Under the pieces are notes generated by a model. It had not been told where the DNA came from and ran no database searches. It saw only the letters and a list, made by a program, of their open reading frames with translations. Positions 13,134 through 21,285 of a stretch of 64,000 nt of DNA are shown one piece after another (position 1 is the first letter of the stretch; every line of letters starts with the position of its first letter). A program made the translations under genes and the position numbers. Origin of the DNA: Caldithrix abyssi DSM 13497 (GTDB lineage: Bacteria > Electryoneota > AABM5-125-24 > Hatepunaeales > Hatepunaeaceae); contig CAMBDS010000007.1 in assembly GCA_945865405.1 (NCBI GenBank), positions 1,683-65,682 on the forward strand, read 5' to 3'.

Positions 13134-15520
13134 TTACTTTACGAGGGTCAGTTTGCGGGTCTCGCTGAAGGAGCCGGCACTCATCTTCACCATGTAAAGA
13201 CCGGCAGGAGCCGCGTCAGCATTCCAGACGGCAGCGTGGTTGCCTGCGGCGAGATTGCCGTCGGCAAGGGTTGCCACGAGGCGGCCTGTCATGTCGAAGA
13301 CCTGAACCGCAACCTTGCCAGCCTCAGGCAAGCCAAAGGCGATGCGGGTCGTGGAGTTGAACGGGTTCGGGTAGCTGTTGCTGAGGTAGAAGTTGTCAGG
13401 AACCGAAACCGAAGCAGTCGCCGCAAGGTTCGCGAAACCATCGGTCTCATAAGCGAGTGAGCCTTGGTTCAGATCGGCTTCAAGCACCAGCTCGACACCC
13501 TTGTCAGCGTCCCAGAGGCGCAGGGTGAATTCTTCACCCTTTTTCAGACCATCGACAGCCTCAGTCGAGAGGTCATCCCCCCAAACCGCCAAACCACACA
13601 TGCCGCCTTCCTGAACCGTCCCGACTCCAACAACAACTCCATTGGCATCGATAGCCGCGATCTGATCGCCGTTGCGGGCGTTTTTGCCTTCGATAGAGGT
13701 GATGAGAACGCTCATGTTCAAGCCGGTGTTGGCTGGTTCGCTCCAGTGACCATTTCCGGGAGCAATTGGCCCACGGAATTCTACCATGCTGTCAGCTTGA
13801 GCGGGGTAGTTCAGGACGACATCTTCGCTAACCTTGATCTGGTAACCTTGCGATTCGCGCCAGTTGCCCATGTTGCTGAAGTTGTTGGGCGGTGACAGGA
13901 AGTTACCAGCGCGATCCTTGGCGATGATTACGTTGTTGATGATCGAAGAGAGGGCGTAGAAGCCGCTTTCGCTCGAAACGGACAATTCGTAGTTCGGGTA
14001 GTAGGCGATCATGTTCCAGCCGGTAAGAATTTCGATGTCGGCGTTCGCCGGGATTGGCCAGCCTGTCCAGCTGCCACTTGCCGCTGTATCCATTTTCACC
14101 TGATAGCCGTTCGACAAGTCCCAGTAGGGGATGTTGTTGAAGTTGTGAGCAGGCCAGTAGAAACGGCCGCGCTCATCCTTCATGATGTGCAGGTTGCCGT
14201 CGAACTGCGCCATCATCCAGCGAACGTCGGGGCCTTGGTCCATGCGCCAAAGGTTCTGCGGCGGCATGACGTTGACAGAGATCAGGTTCCAGTTTTGTTG
14301 CAGATCGATGCTCATCGTGTAAACTTGATCGAGCATCAACGAGGTCTCGCCGTCGATAGTCCACTCGAGGCTACCTTCCTGTGCTATCGCACCGATCCAG
14401 TACTCACGGTTGCTGACGTTGTCCCAAAGGCGGAAGTTCATCATTTCGCCTTCCATGAAGCCTTCGATGTCCCAAAGGCGGAAGTTCATCATTTCGCCTT
14501 CCATGAAGCCTTCGATCTGCTCGGTGGTGTTGTCGTCACCCCAGGCGCTGATGCGGGATTCTTCGTTGTAACCTGCCCAGGCACGCGTGTCGCCTTCGTT
14601 GGCGGTGACGAGGAAAGTCTGGCCGCCCTGACTGAAAGAGGCATACCGTCGGGGAGGTACATGCCCTTGATCGGGTGAGTCACAATATTGACGACGTTGT
14701 CACGGTCGGTGGCGTCGAAGCCGTTACCCTCTATTGAGTGGTCTTTGAAACCGAGGGGGGAGCAAGTCTGTGACCATACCGTTATCGATATCGATGACTG
14801 CGATGGTGTTGGCTTCCTGAATGGAGACCCAAGCCCAGCGTGAGTCGCTCGAGACGGTGATGTACTCTGGCTCAAAGTCTTCCGAAGCCGAGGCGTTGGG
14901 GCCAAAGATGCGGACGTTAGCTGCTCTGAGCGAGTCTTCCATACCGTCGAACTGGTGGAAGTCAACGCTGACGACCGAGATCTGATCGATGCCTTGTGAG
15001 AGGTCGATGATGCTGATGGTGCCTTCCGGGTCAACGGTGTAGGCGTCGTTCGGCTCGCCCTCGTTGGCGCAGAGGACTTTCATGCCGTCGTGGGTGAAGG
15101 TCACCATGTCGGGGAGTGCGCCGACTCCAATGGAGTTGAGGAAGTCACCAGCCTGTTGAAGAAAACGACCATCCCGGGGTCGGTTTTGGGTGATGCTTCG
15201 ACAGCGGCGGCGACAATGCCGTTTTTCACTGTGACGCTGTTGACGCCTGCGCCGTAGGCGTCGAGGTCGATCATAGTGACCAACTCAGGTGAGTCGGGGT
15301 TGCTGATATCGACGATGGTGACGGCGTTGTCAGCGGCGCCGGTTAGGAAGACGCGTTGCGTTTCGGGGTCGTAGCTGGCGATTTCGGCTCCGCCCGCGTT
15401 GTAAAAGCCGGTGCTGTAGGAGGAGAGGTAGTTTAATTCGACGCTCATCTCGGCGGATGATTGGCTAACAAGCCCGACCGCCAGCAAGATTGTGGAGATA
15501 TGTAACTTGAGTGACCTCAT
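13134..15520 (-). pseudogene. Choice-of-anchor-I / LVIVD-like beta-propeller protein fused to the pre-CTD cassette and T9SS CTD. It is disrupted by three frameshifts and carries a 48-bp in-frame duplication.
   Basis: A signal peptide (MRSLKLHISTILLAVGLVSQSSA) sits at 15520. Homologous sequence continues across three frames: ..VVFF|QAGDFLNSIGVGALPDMVTFTHDG.. (shift ~15155-15165), ..VTDLLP|LGFKDHSIEGNGFDATDRD.. (G6 run 14755-14760), and ..GMYLPDG|YASFSQGGQTFLVTANEGDTRAW.. (shift ~14645). It then runs into ORF 13134-14504, which ends in the CTD YPNPFNSTTRIAFGLPEAG...RKLTLVK. Confidence 0.8.
14421..14516 (-). repeat. Perfect 48-bp tandem duplication (2 copies), in frame
   Basis: gtcccaaaggcggaagttcatcatttcgccttccatgaagccttcgat occurs at 14421-14468 and again at 14469-14516. 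It encodes IEGFMEGEMMNFRLWD twice. Confidence 0.95.
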
Positions 15521-15826
15521 ATAGATGTTCCTTGTGTATGTTGGAAAGGGATATTTATCTGCGACGAAAATATAGAGTGGGATCGTTAGGATGGGATTTG
15601 GGATAGATTAGGTTTCAGTTAATGCGGGGAATAGAATAAAAGTTGATGAGGTAGAGTGGGGGCAGTTATTGCTTTCGTATTAACTCCGAGATAATTAGTC
15701 GCATTAATTTGAATGGAATAATTGTTGCAAGGGATAGTGCATTCGTTAGCTTACGAACAAGACAATTGGATCGAAATACGCAAATATCGTCAAACACTAT
15801 GCAAACATTCGCAAGGAATGCATACC

Positions 15827-17449
15827 ATGAAGAAGAACACCACCCTCACACTCGCCGCAACATTGGCGATGGCTATCGCCATGACTCCGGCTTCCTTCTC
15901 GCAAGGGCTCGTCATCGAGCCCGACAGCATTGACTTTGGCACGGTTCAGGTCGGTCTGACAGGCCTCGCGGAATCGTACCACGAACTCACCATCACCAAT
16001 CAGTCCGACGTGACTCTGGAAATCCAGCTCCAAACCTCCAATCTCCCCGAACCAGAGAGCATCCAACTATTCAGTCCACCTGCTGTCTCCATCCACCCGA
16101 TTTTGCGCCGGATCGCCAATGCGGTAAGCAGTTTTCGGCACGATCATCAGGAAGATGCCTCAAGTGTGTTTGAACTCTGGGAGGGCGGCTATCTCGAGAT
16201 CGAAGAAGAGTATCTGTGGCGCTGGCAATTCGAACTGATTGGGCAGGACCCCATCACCCAGATCGAAGCCGTAGGAGATGGAATTCATGCTCTGTTCGAT
16301 TGTCAGACGCAACAATTCACATCCTATACCGATGAGTTCGAACAAAGCGAGCCTGTTCGTACCTTCAGGCTATCTCGGGGCCATAGCAGGACTTTCGCTG
16401 TCAGTTTTGCGCCACGCGAAAGCTATGAAATGGCCGGGTGGGTGTCGTTCATCTGGGGCGATCAACAAGTGCGCCTCTTCGTAAGTGGTAGAAGTGATTT
16501 CCGAAACACGCTCGCGCTTTCAAACAACAGTCTCGATTTCGGCGAGATTTATCTTGACCGCACTGTTGTTCGACCACTCACCGTCCACAATACTTCCGGA
16601 CTATCAGCCGATATCAACTTCGAATGCTCTAATCCTGATGAATTTTACATCTTCGGCGAATGGGTCGAAGGTGCCCACGACTTCATCCTTGCGACCGATC
16701 GTGCGATTGACAGATTTGTGACAGATCACGGCGACAGTCCCACGTCCGTCGAGGAATTGTTAGAGCTATCCTATCTACTGATCGACGAACAACTGGGCAG
16801 AGAGTGGAGTTTCAGCCTGATCGGTAGTGATCCTGTAACACAGATTGAAGCTGTTTCCACAGCAGAGTACCCTCATGGCGCGGGACATGTAATCCTGTTG
16901 GATAAGCAGACCGGGCGCTTTGATGGACACCGCTTTTTTGACCTGCAGGGGGGTGAAAATGCATTCGTCGGTGTTAACCGGTCAATCGACCTCAGGGTGG
17001 CATTCCGACCATCGGCTGTTGGCGATGCAGAGGATCGACTGCTTATACGGTCTCATAATCAGGAACGCTGGGACGTATTTGAGACTTATGAGGTGAGGTT
17101 GAGTGGCAGTGGTCTGAGTGTCACGACCGATAAAGGAAACGGTGTCTTACCCTCCTCATTATCCCTCAACCCCCCCTTCCCCAACCCTTTCAACTCGACG
17201 GCGATAGTCTCGTTCCAGACGCCGTTTGCAGGTGAGGCGACCTTGTCGTTAGTCGATATGAACGGACGAACGATACGAAGCTGGATTGCTGCGCGGCCTT
17301 CGGCTCCGGCCCCCTCCGGTACGATGAACGCAGGGAGTGGCGCGTTCAAGTTTGCAGTCAACGCCGATGGGCTTGCCGCCGGGACGTACTGGGTGCGGGT
17401 CGATCAGGCAGGGCACTCGGCGCAGCAACGGGTGGTGCTGGTCAGGTAA
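15827..17449 (+). CDS. Secreted protein with two Ig-like (ASH-type) domains, an internally duplicated insert and a T9SS CTD
   Basis: MKKNTTLTLAATLAMAIAMTPASFSQG is a signal peptide. The ATG at 15827 is preferred over the track start at 15722. The C-terminus reads FPNPFNSTAIVSFQTPFAGEATLSLVDMNGRTI...GTYWVRVDQAGHSAQQRVVLVR. Confidence 0.8.
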   Translation: MKKNTTLTLAATLAMAIAMTPASFSQGLVIEPDSIDFGTVQVGLTGLAESYHELTITNQSDVTLEIQLQTSNLPEPESIQLFSPPAVSIHPILRRIANAVSSFRHDHQEDASSVFELWEGGYLEIEEEYLWRWQFELIGQDPITQIEAVGDGIHALFDCQTQQFTSYTDEFEQSEPVRTFRLSRGHSRTFAVSFAPRESYEMAGWVSFIWGDQQVRLFVSGRSDFRNTLALSNNSLDFGEIYLDRTVVRPLTVHNTSGLSADINFECSNPDEFYIFGEWVEGAHDFILATDRAIDRFVTDHGDSPTSVEELLELSYLLIDEQLGREWSFSLIGSDPVTQIEAVSTAEYPHGAGHVILLDKQTGRFDGHRFFDLQGGENAFVGVNRSIDLRVAFRPSAVGDAEDRLLIRSHNQERWDVFETYEVRLSGSGLSVTTDKGNGVLPSSLSLNPPFPNPFNSTAIVSFQTPFAGEATLSLVDMNGRTIRSWIAARPSAPAPSGTMNAGSGAFKFAVNADGLAAGTYWVRVDQAGHSAQQRVVLVR

Positions 17450-17520
17450 TTGAAGAATTAGGAATTAAAAATTAAGAATTAGGAATTGGAGAACGGATTG
17501 AAAAGCTGTTCTCCAGATGA

Positions 17521-17558
17521 AACAAAGCTGTCAACCCTCCGGGATTGACAGCTTTGTT
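17521..17558 (+). terminator. Hairpin downstream of the cargo gene (possible terminator with a weak U-tract)
   Basis: AACAAAGCTGTCAA-ccctccggga-TTGACAGCTTTGTT forms a 14-bp perfect stem. It is followed by two further small hairpins, TGACAGACtgaaGTCTGTCA and GCGGACtaaaaGTCCGC. Confidence 0.45.
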
Positions 17559-17706
17559 ATTAAGGTGACAGACTGAAGTCTGTCATACTGGTTAGAAGAG
17601 CGGACTAAAAGTCCGCCCTCCAAGAAATAATTTGCTCACCACTTGACAAGAGCGATTCGATTCTATATTTTACCGACAAGTTAATTAACCAAACAGTTAA
17701 TCATAG

Positions 17707-18033
17707 ATGATCCCCGATAGTCTCAGCCTCATTTTCGCCGCGCTCGCCGATCCGACCAGAAGAGCGATCCTCGCCAGTCTGACCAATGGTGAGTCAACCG
17801 TGCTCGAGCTTGCCAAGCCGTTCGAGATGACTCTGCCTGCCGTCTCCAAGCACCTGAAGGTGCTGGAACACGCCGGGCTGATCGAGCGGAGCCGCGAAGC
17901 TCAGTGGCGGCCTTGCAAGCTGAAGCCGGAGGGATTGCACGAAGCGTCCGACTGGCTTGAGCGCTACCGTCAGCTATGGGAAGACCGCTTTGATCGTTTG
18001 GATGAGTACTTGAAAGAATTACAAGCGAAGTAA
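17707..18033 (+). CDS. ArsR/SmtB-family transcriptional regulator
   Basis: LADPTRRAILASL..GESTVLELAKPFEMTLPAVSKHLKVLEHAGLI is the ArsR winged-HTH signature. Confidence 0.85.
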   Translation: MIPDSLSLIFAALADPTRRAILASLTNGESTVLELAKPFEMTLPAVSKHLKVLEHAGLIERSREAQWRPCKLKPEGLHEASDWLERYRQLWEDRFDRLDEYLKELQAK

Positions 18034-18083
18034 AATCAATAGGCGCCGCCAGAGACGGCGGCCTACCAAAAAGGAATGAAACA

Positions 18084-18578
18084 ATGAGCACTCCCGAACC
18101 CTACCGCGACCTCGTCATCGAACGAGTTTTTAATGCCCCGCGCCAGCTTGTCTGGGATGTCTGCACCAAACCCGAGCATGTCATGCGCTGGTGGGGCCCC
18201 AGAAACTTCTCCTTCCCGATCGTTAAAATCGACTTCCGCGTTGGCGGCAAGTACCACATGTGTATGACGGGCACGATGCCGGATGGAAGCAACGTCGAAA
18301 TTTGGTCAACCGGCTACTATAAAGAAATCAATCCAATCGAGAGGATAGTCTGTACCGATTCCTTTGCCGATGCTGAGGGTAATGTCGTCTCTTCTGACCA
18401 CTATGGCACTGAAGGCTGGGAGTTGGAGGTGGACGTAGAACTAATGTTCGAAGATCTTGGCAATCGTAAAACGAAAATGACTCTCCGCCACTCAATGCCT
18501 GAGTTTATGGCCGATGAAGGCATTGTCGGCTGGAACGAGTCGTTCGATAAACTTGCCGAAGTGTTGGAGACGCTTTAG
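18084..18578 (+). CDS. SRPBCC (AHSA1/Aha1-like) domain protein
   Basis: VIERVFNAPRQLVWDVCTKPEHVMRWWGP is the typical AHSA1-family N-terminus. This family commonly follows ArsR regulators. Confidence 0.8.
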   Translation: MSTPEPYRDLVIERVFNAPRQLVWDVCTKPEHVMRWWGPRNFSFPIVKIDFRVGGKYHMCMTGTMPDGSNVEIWSTGYYKEINPIERIVCTDSFADAEGNVVSSDHYGTEGWELEVDVELMFEDLGNRKTKMTLRHSMPEFMADEGIVGWNESFDKLAEVLETL

Positions 18579-18693
18579 TAATCGACAGCTCATGTTCCCT
18601 CCATGTTGCGTTGCGCTTGAATGTGGAAGGAAATAAATTAATAATCGCAAAAGTACCGCCAGTGATGGCGGTGTTACCATAAGGAATAAACAA

Positions 18694-19191
18694 ATGAGTG
18701 AACCTCTATCTTCCCGTACCCTCGTCATCGAACGAGTATTCAATGCCCCGCGCCAGCTTGTCTGGGACGCCTGGACCAAACCTGAGCATATGGTCCGCTG
18801 GTGGGGCCCCAGAGCTTTTTCCTGCCCGACTGCTAAAATTGACTTTCGAGTTGGTGGCAAGTACCTCATGAGCATGAGCGGCCCGATGCCTGACGGAAGC
18901 ACCGCCGAAATATGGTCAACCGGCACCTATAAGGAGATCCACCCGATCAGTAAAATCGTCTGCACCGACTCATTCGCTGATGCCGAAGGTAATATTGTTC
19001 CCTCCGAGCACTACGGCATGGCAGGTTTCCCGCATCAAGTGAACGTCATTGTCGAATTTGCTGATATGGGCAACAAGACAAAGATGACTCTCCACCACGA
19101 GGACATGCCGGAATACATGGGTGATGATGCCACGACCGGCTGGAACGAGTCGTTCGATAAGCTTGCCGAACTGTTGGAAACACTCCGATAA
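18694..19191 (+). CDS. SRPBCC (AHSA1-like) domain protein, tandem paralog
   Basis: VIERVFNAPRQLVWDAWTKPEHMVRWWGP. The protein is collinear with the upstream paralog along its full length. Confidence 0.8.
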   Translation: MSEPLSSRTLVIERVFNAPRQLVWDAWTKPEHMVRWWGPRAFSCPTAKIDFRVGGKYLMSMSGPMPDGSTAEIWSTGTYKEIHPISKIVCTDSFADAEGNIVPSEHYGMAGFPHQVNVIVEFADMGNKTKMTLHHEDMPEYMGDDATTGWNESFDKLAELLETLR

Positions 19192-19275
19192 TCGATAGCT
19201 CTCAAGCACGGAAAAGTCCAGGCGGATGCCCCCGTCCGCCTTCCAAGATAATCAACTTCAAGAAAGTCCATCACA

Positions 19276-19755
19276 ATGCAAAAACTGACCACCTGCCTCT
19301 GGTTTGACGGCCAAGCCGAAGAAGCTGTCAAATTCTACACCACCATCTTCAAGAACTCGAAGGTCGGCAAAATCCTCCGTAACGGAAAAGCAAATCTTGA
19401 TCCCGAAGGAACCGTCCTGACCGCATCCTTTGAACTGGAAGGCCGCGAATTCCTCGCGCTCAACGGCGGCCCTCACTACAAATTCACACCCGCGACTTCC
19501 TTCATTATCCATTGCGAAAATCAGGAAGAGGTCGATTACTACTGGGAGAAGCTCCTTGAAGGAGGAGGCCGCGAGAGTCAATGTGGTTGGCTCGACGACA
19601 AGTTTGGCGTCGCGTGGCAAGTTTCCCCGACCATTCTGCCCAAGTTGCTAAGCGACCCCGATCCCGTCAAAGCAAACAGGGTGATGGAGGCAATGATGCA
19701 GATGGTCAAACTTGACATCAAAAAGATGCAGCAGGCGTATGATGGCAAAATTTAG
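19276..19755 (+). CDS. VOC-superfamily protein (PhnB / 3-demethylubiquinone-9 methyltransferase-like domain)
   Basis: MQKLTTCLWFDGQAEEAVKFYTTIFKNSKV...CGWLDDKFGVAWQV matches the PF06983-type pattern as I recall it. Confidence 0.7.
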   Translation: MQKLTTCLWFDGQAEEAVKFYTTIFKNSKVGKILRNGKANLDPEGTVLTASFELEGREFLALNGGPHYKFTPATSFIIHCENQEEVDYYWEKLLEGGGRESQCGWLDDKFGVAWQVSPTILPKLLSDPDPVKANRVMEAMMQMVKLDIKKMQQAYDGKI

Positions 19756-20575
19756 AACTGTCGATGAATACATCGCTCTGGCTCAGGAAGAGGATAGAGC
19801 GGCATTGCGAAGCTTTCGCAAACTCTTGCACTCAATCATTCCGGGTTACGAGGAGGTGATCAGCTACCAGATTCCGGTCCTGAAGTACAAAGGGAAGATG
19901 CTGGTCGGGTTTGCAGGGTACAAGGATCACCTGAGCTTCATGGTGATGAGCCCGCAGATAATGGAGAGGATAAGTGAGGATGTGAAGAGGTTTAAAGGCT
20001 CCACTGCCACCCTCCACTTCACCCCCCAAAAACCTCTCCCTGAAATTCTGGTGCGGAAGATCGTCGAGGCGCGAATCCTCGAGACAGAGCATATGTTGGA
20101 GGCGAAGAAAGCCAAAGCCGCCAGCGACTCAGACCGCGAGGTTGTTATCAGCCGGACGTTCGACGCTCCGCGGGAGCTTGTTTATTCTGCCTGGACTGAG
20201 CAAAAACACCTGCACAACTGGTTCGGGCCATTAGGCTTCAAGCTAACCATCCATGAGCTCGATTTCCGGGTTGGCGGAGTCTGGAGGTTCATTATGCATG
20301 GGCCTGATGGAGTTGACTATCCAAACAGGATCGACTATCTGAAGATCGATCCGCCGAAGAAGCTGATCTATCGGCACTCTGACGATGGCCTTGAAGCGCA
20401 GTTGGATTTCGAAACGGCGGTGACGTTTGCCAAGAAGGGCAAGAAGACCGAAGTGACGATGCGGACGGTATTTCCGACGGCAGAGGAGCGCGATAGGATT
20501 GTGAAGGATTTTGGCGCTATCGAAGGCGGTAAGCAGACGCTGGCTCGTTTGGCTGAGTATCTCACTACTCTTTAG
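19742..20575 (+). CDS. DUF1801 (YdhG-like) domain fused to an SRPBCC/AHSA1 domain
   Basis: The N-terminal half (FRTVDEYIALAQEE...LHFTPQKPLPEILVRKIV) is YdhG-like. The C-terminal half (VISRTFDAPRELVYSAWTEQKHLHNWFGP) is AHSA1-like. The ATG at 19742 overlaps the upstream gene end. Confidence 0.7.
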   Translation: MAKFRTVDEYIALAQEEDRAALRSFRKLLHSIIPGYEEVISYQIPVLKYKGKMLVGFAGYKDHLSFMVMSPQIMERISEDVKRFKGSTATLHFTPQKPLPEILVRKIVEARILETEHMLEAKKAKAASDSDREVVISRTFDAPRELVYSAWTEQKHLHNWFGPLGFKLTIHELDFRVGGVWRFIMHGPDGVDYPNRIDYLKIDPPKKLIYRHSDDGLEAQLDFETAVTFAKKGKKTEVTMRTVFPTAEERDRIVKDFGAIEGGKQTLARLAEYLTTL

Positions 20576-20628
20576 GAAATATTGCCAACAGAAGGTGGGA
20601 TTACCTACGTATAACTGATAACTGTCAG

Positions 20629-21072
20629 TTGACTAATTCACTAATCCCAACCAATCAGGAGAGTATCAAGATCAAACAGCTCGAAAAATATTCTGAACAC
20701 GCCTATGCCCTGTTGCGCATCGTTAGCGGGTTCATGTTCAGCTTACACGGTGTGCAGAAAATATTGGGGCTTCTAACTGAGCGACCCAGGCCGGAAATGT
20801 TTAGCCAGGCATGGGCGGGCGGGTGTATAGAGTTATTTGGCGGGCTGTTGGTAATGGTCGGCTTCCAAACGCGCTGGGCGGCGTTCATCGCCAGTGGTAC
20901 AATGGCGGTAGCCTATATCCAGTTCCATTGGAAGTTCCAGATGGGCGAGAACTTCTTTCCGATAGTCAACAAGGGCGAAATGGCGGCACTCTACTGCTTC
21001 CTTTTCCTCTACCTCGCTACGCGTGGCGGCGTGAAGTGGTGCCTTGATAAGCGTGAAATTCGAATGATCTGA
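20629..21072 (+). CDS. DoxX-family membrane protein
   Basis: LLRIVSGFMFSLHGVQKILG plus four predicted TM segments. The start (TTG at 20629) is uncertain. Confidence 0.7.
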   Translation: MTNSLIPTNQESIKIKQLEKYSEHAYALLRIVSGFMFSLHGVQKILGLLTERPRPEMFSQAWAGGCIELFGGLLVMVGFQTRWAAFIASGTMAVAYIQFHWKFQMGENFFPIVNKGEMAALYCFLFLYLATRGGVKWCLDKREIRMI

Positions 21073-21103
21073 ACTGTTTCATCGAAGGAGACAATTCTAA
21101 ATG

Positions 21104-21140
21104 AAAGCCCCTTTTCCTTACTTGAAGAGGGGTTTTATAT
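21104..21140 (+). terminator. Probable terminator hairpin after the DoxX gene
   Basis: AAAGCCCCTTTTC-cttactt-GAAGAGGGGTTTT forms a 13-bp stem with two G-U pairs and has a T-rich 3' side. Confidence 0.45.
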
Positions 21141-21285
21141 TGGGCATACCAAATCTATCGCAATGTCTCCTTGTAATCTCTATTGTGATAGTCGTATTTA
21201 TTTAGGAAAATTATAATGTAGAGATGAGGGTATAAGTTAATTAGTCTGGTAACCTACCCTCAGTTCAACACAAGGCAGTCTCCAA

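Noticed and set aside
12830-13460. ORFs of 65-117 aa covering the 12.8-13.4 kb region (for example 12844-13197 and 12971-13168)
   Set aside because: They run through the cluster of GC-rich hairpin repeats, producing peptides such as WIPAYAGMRG, and into the antisense of the cargo gene 3' end. They are artefacts of repeat sequence.
14640-15170. Programmed ribosomal frameshifting in the choice-of-anchor-like gene
   Set aside because: It would need three independent shifts in different directions. There are no slippery heptamers and no downstream structures. Decay or sequence error explains it better.
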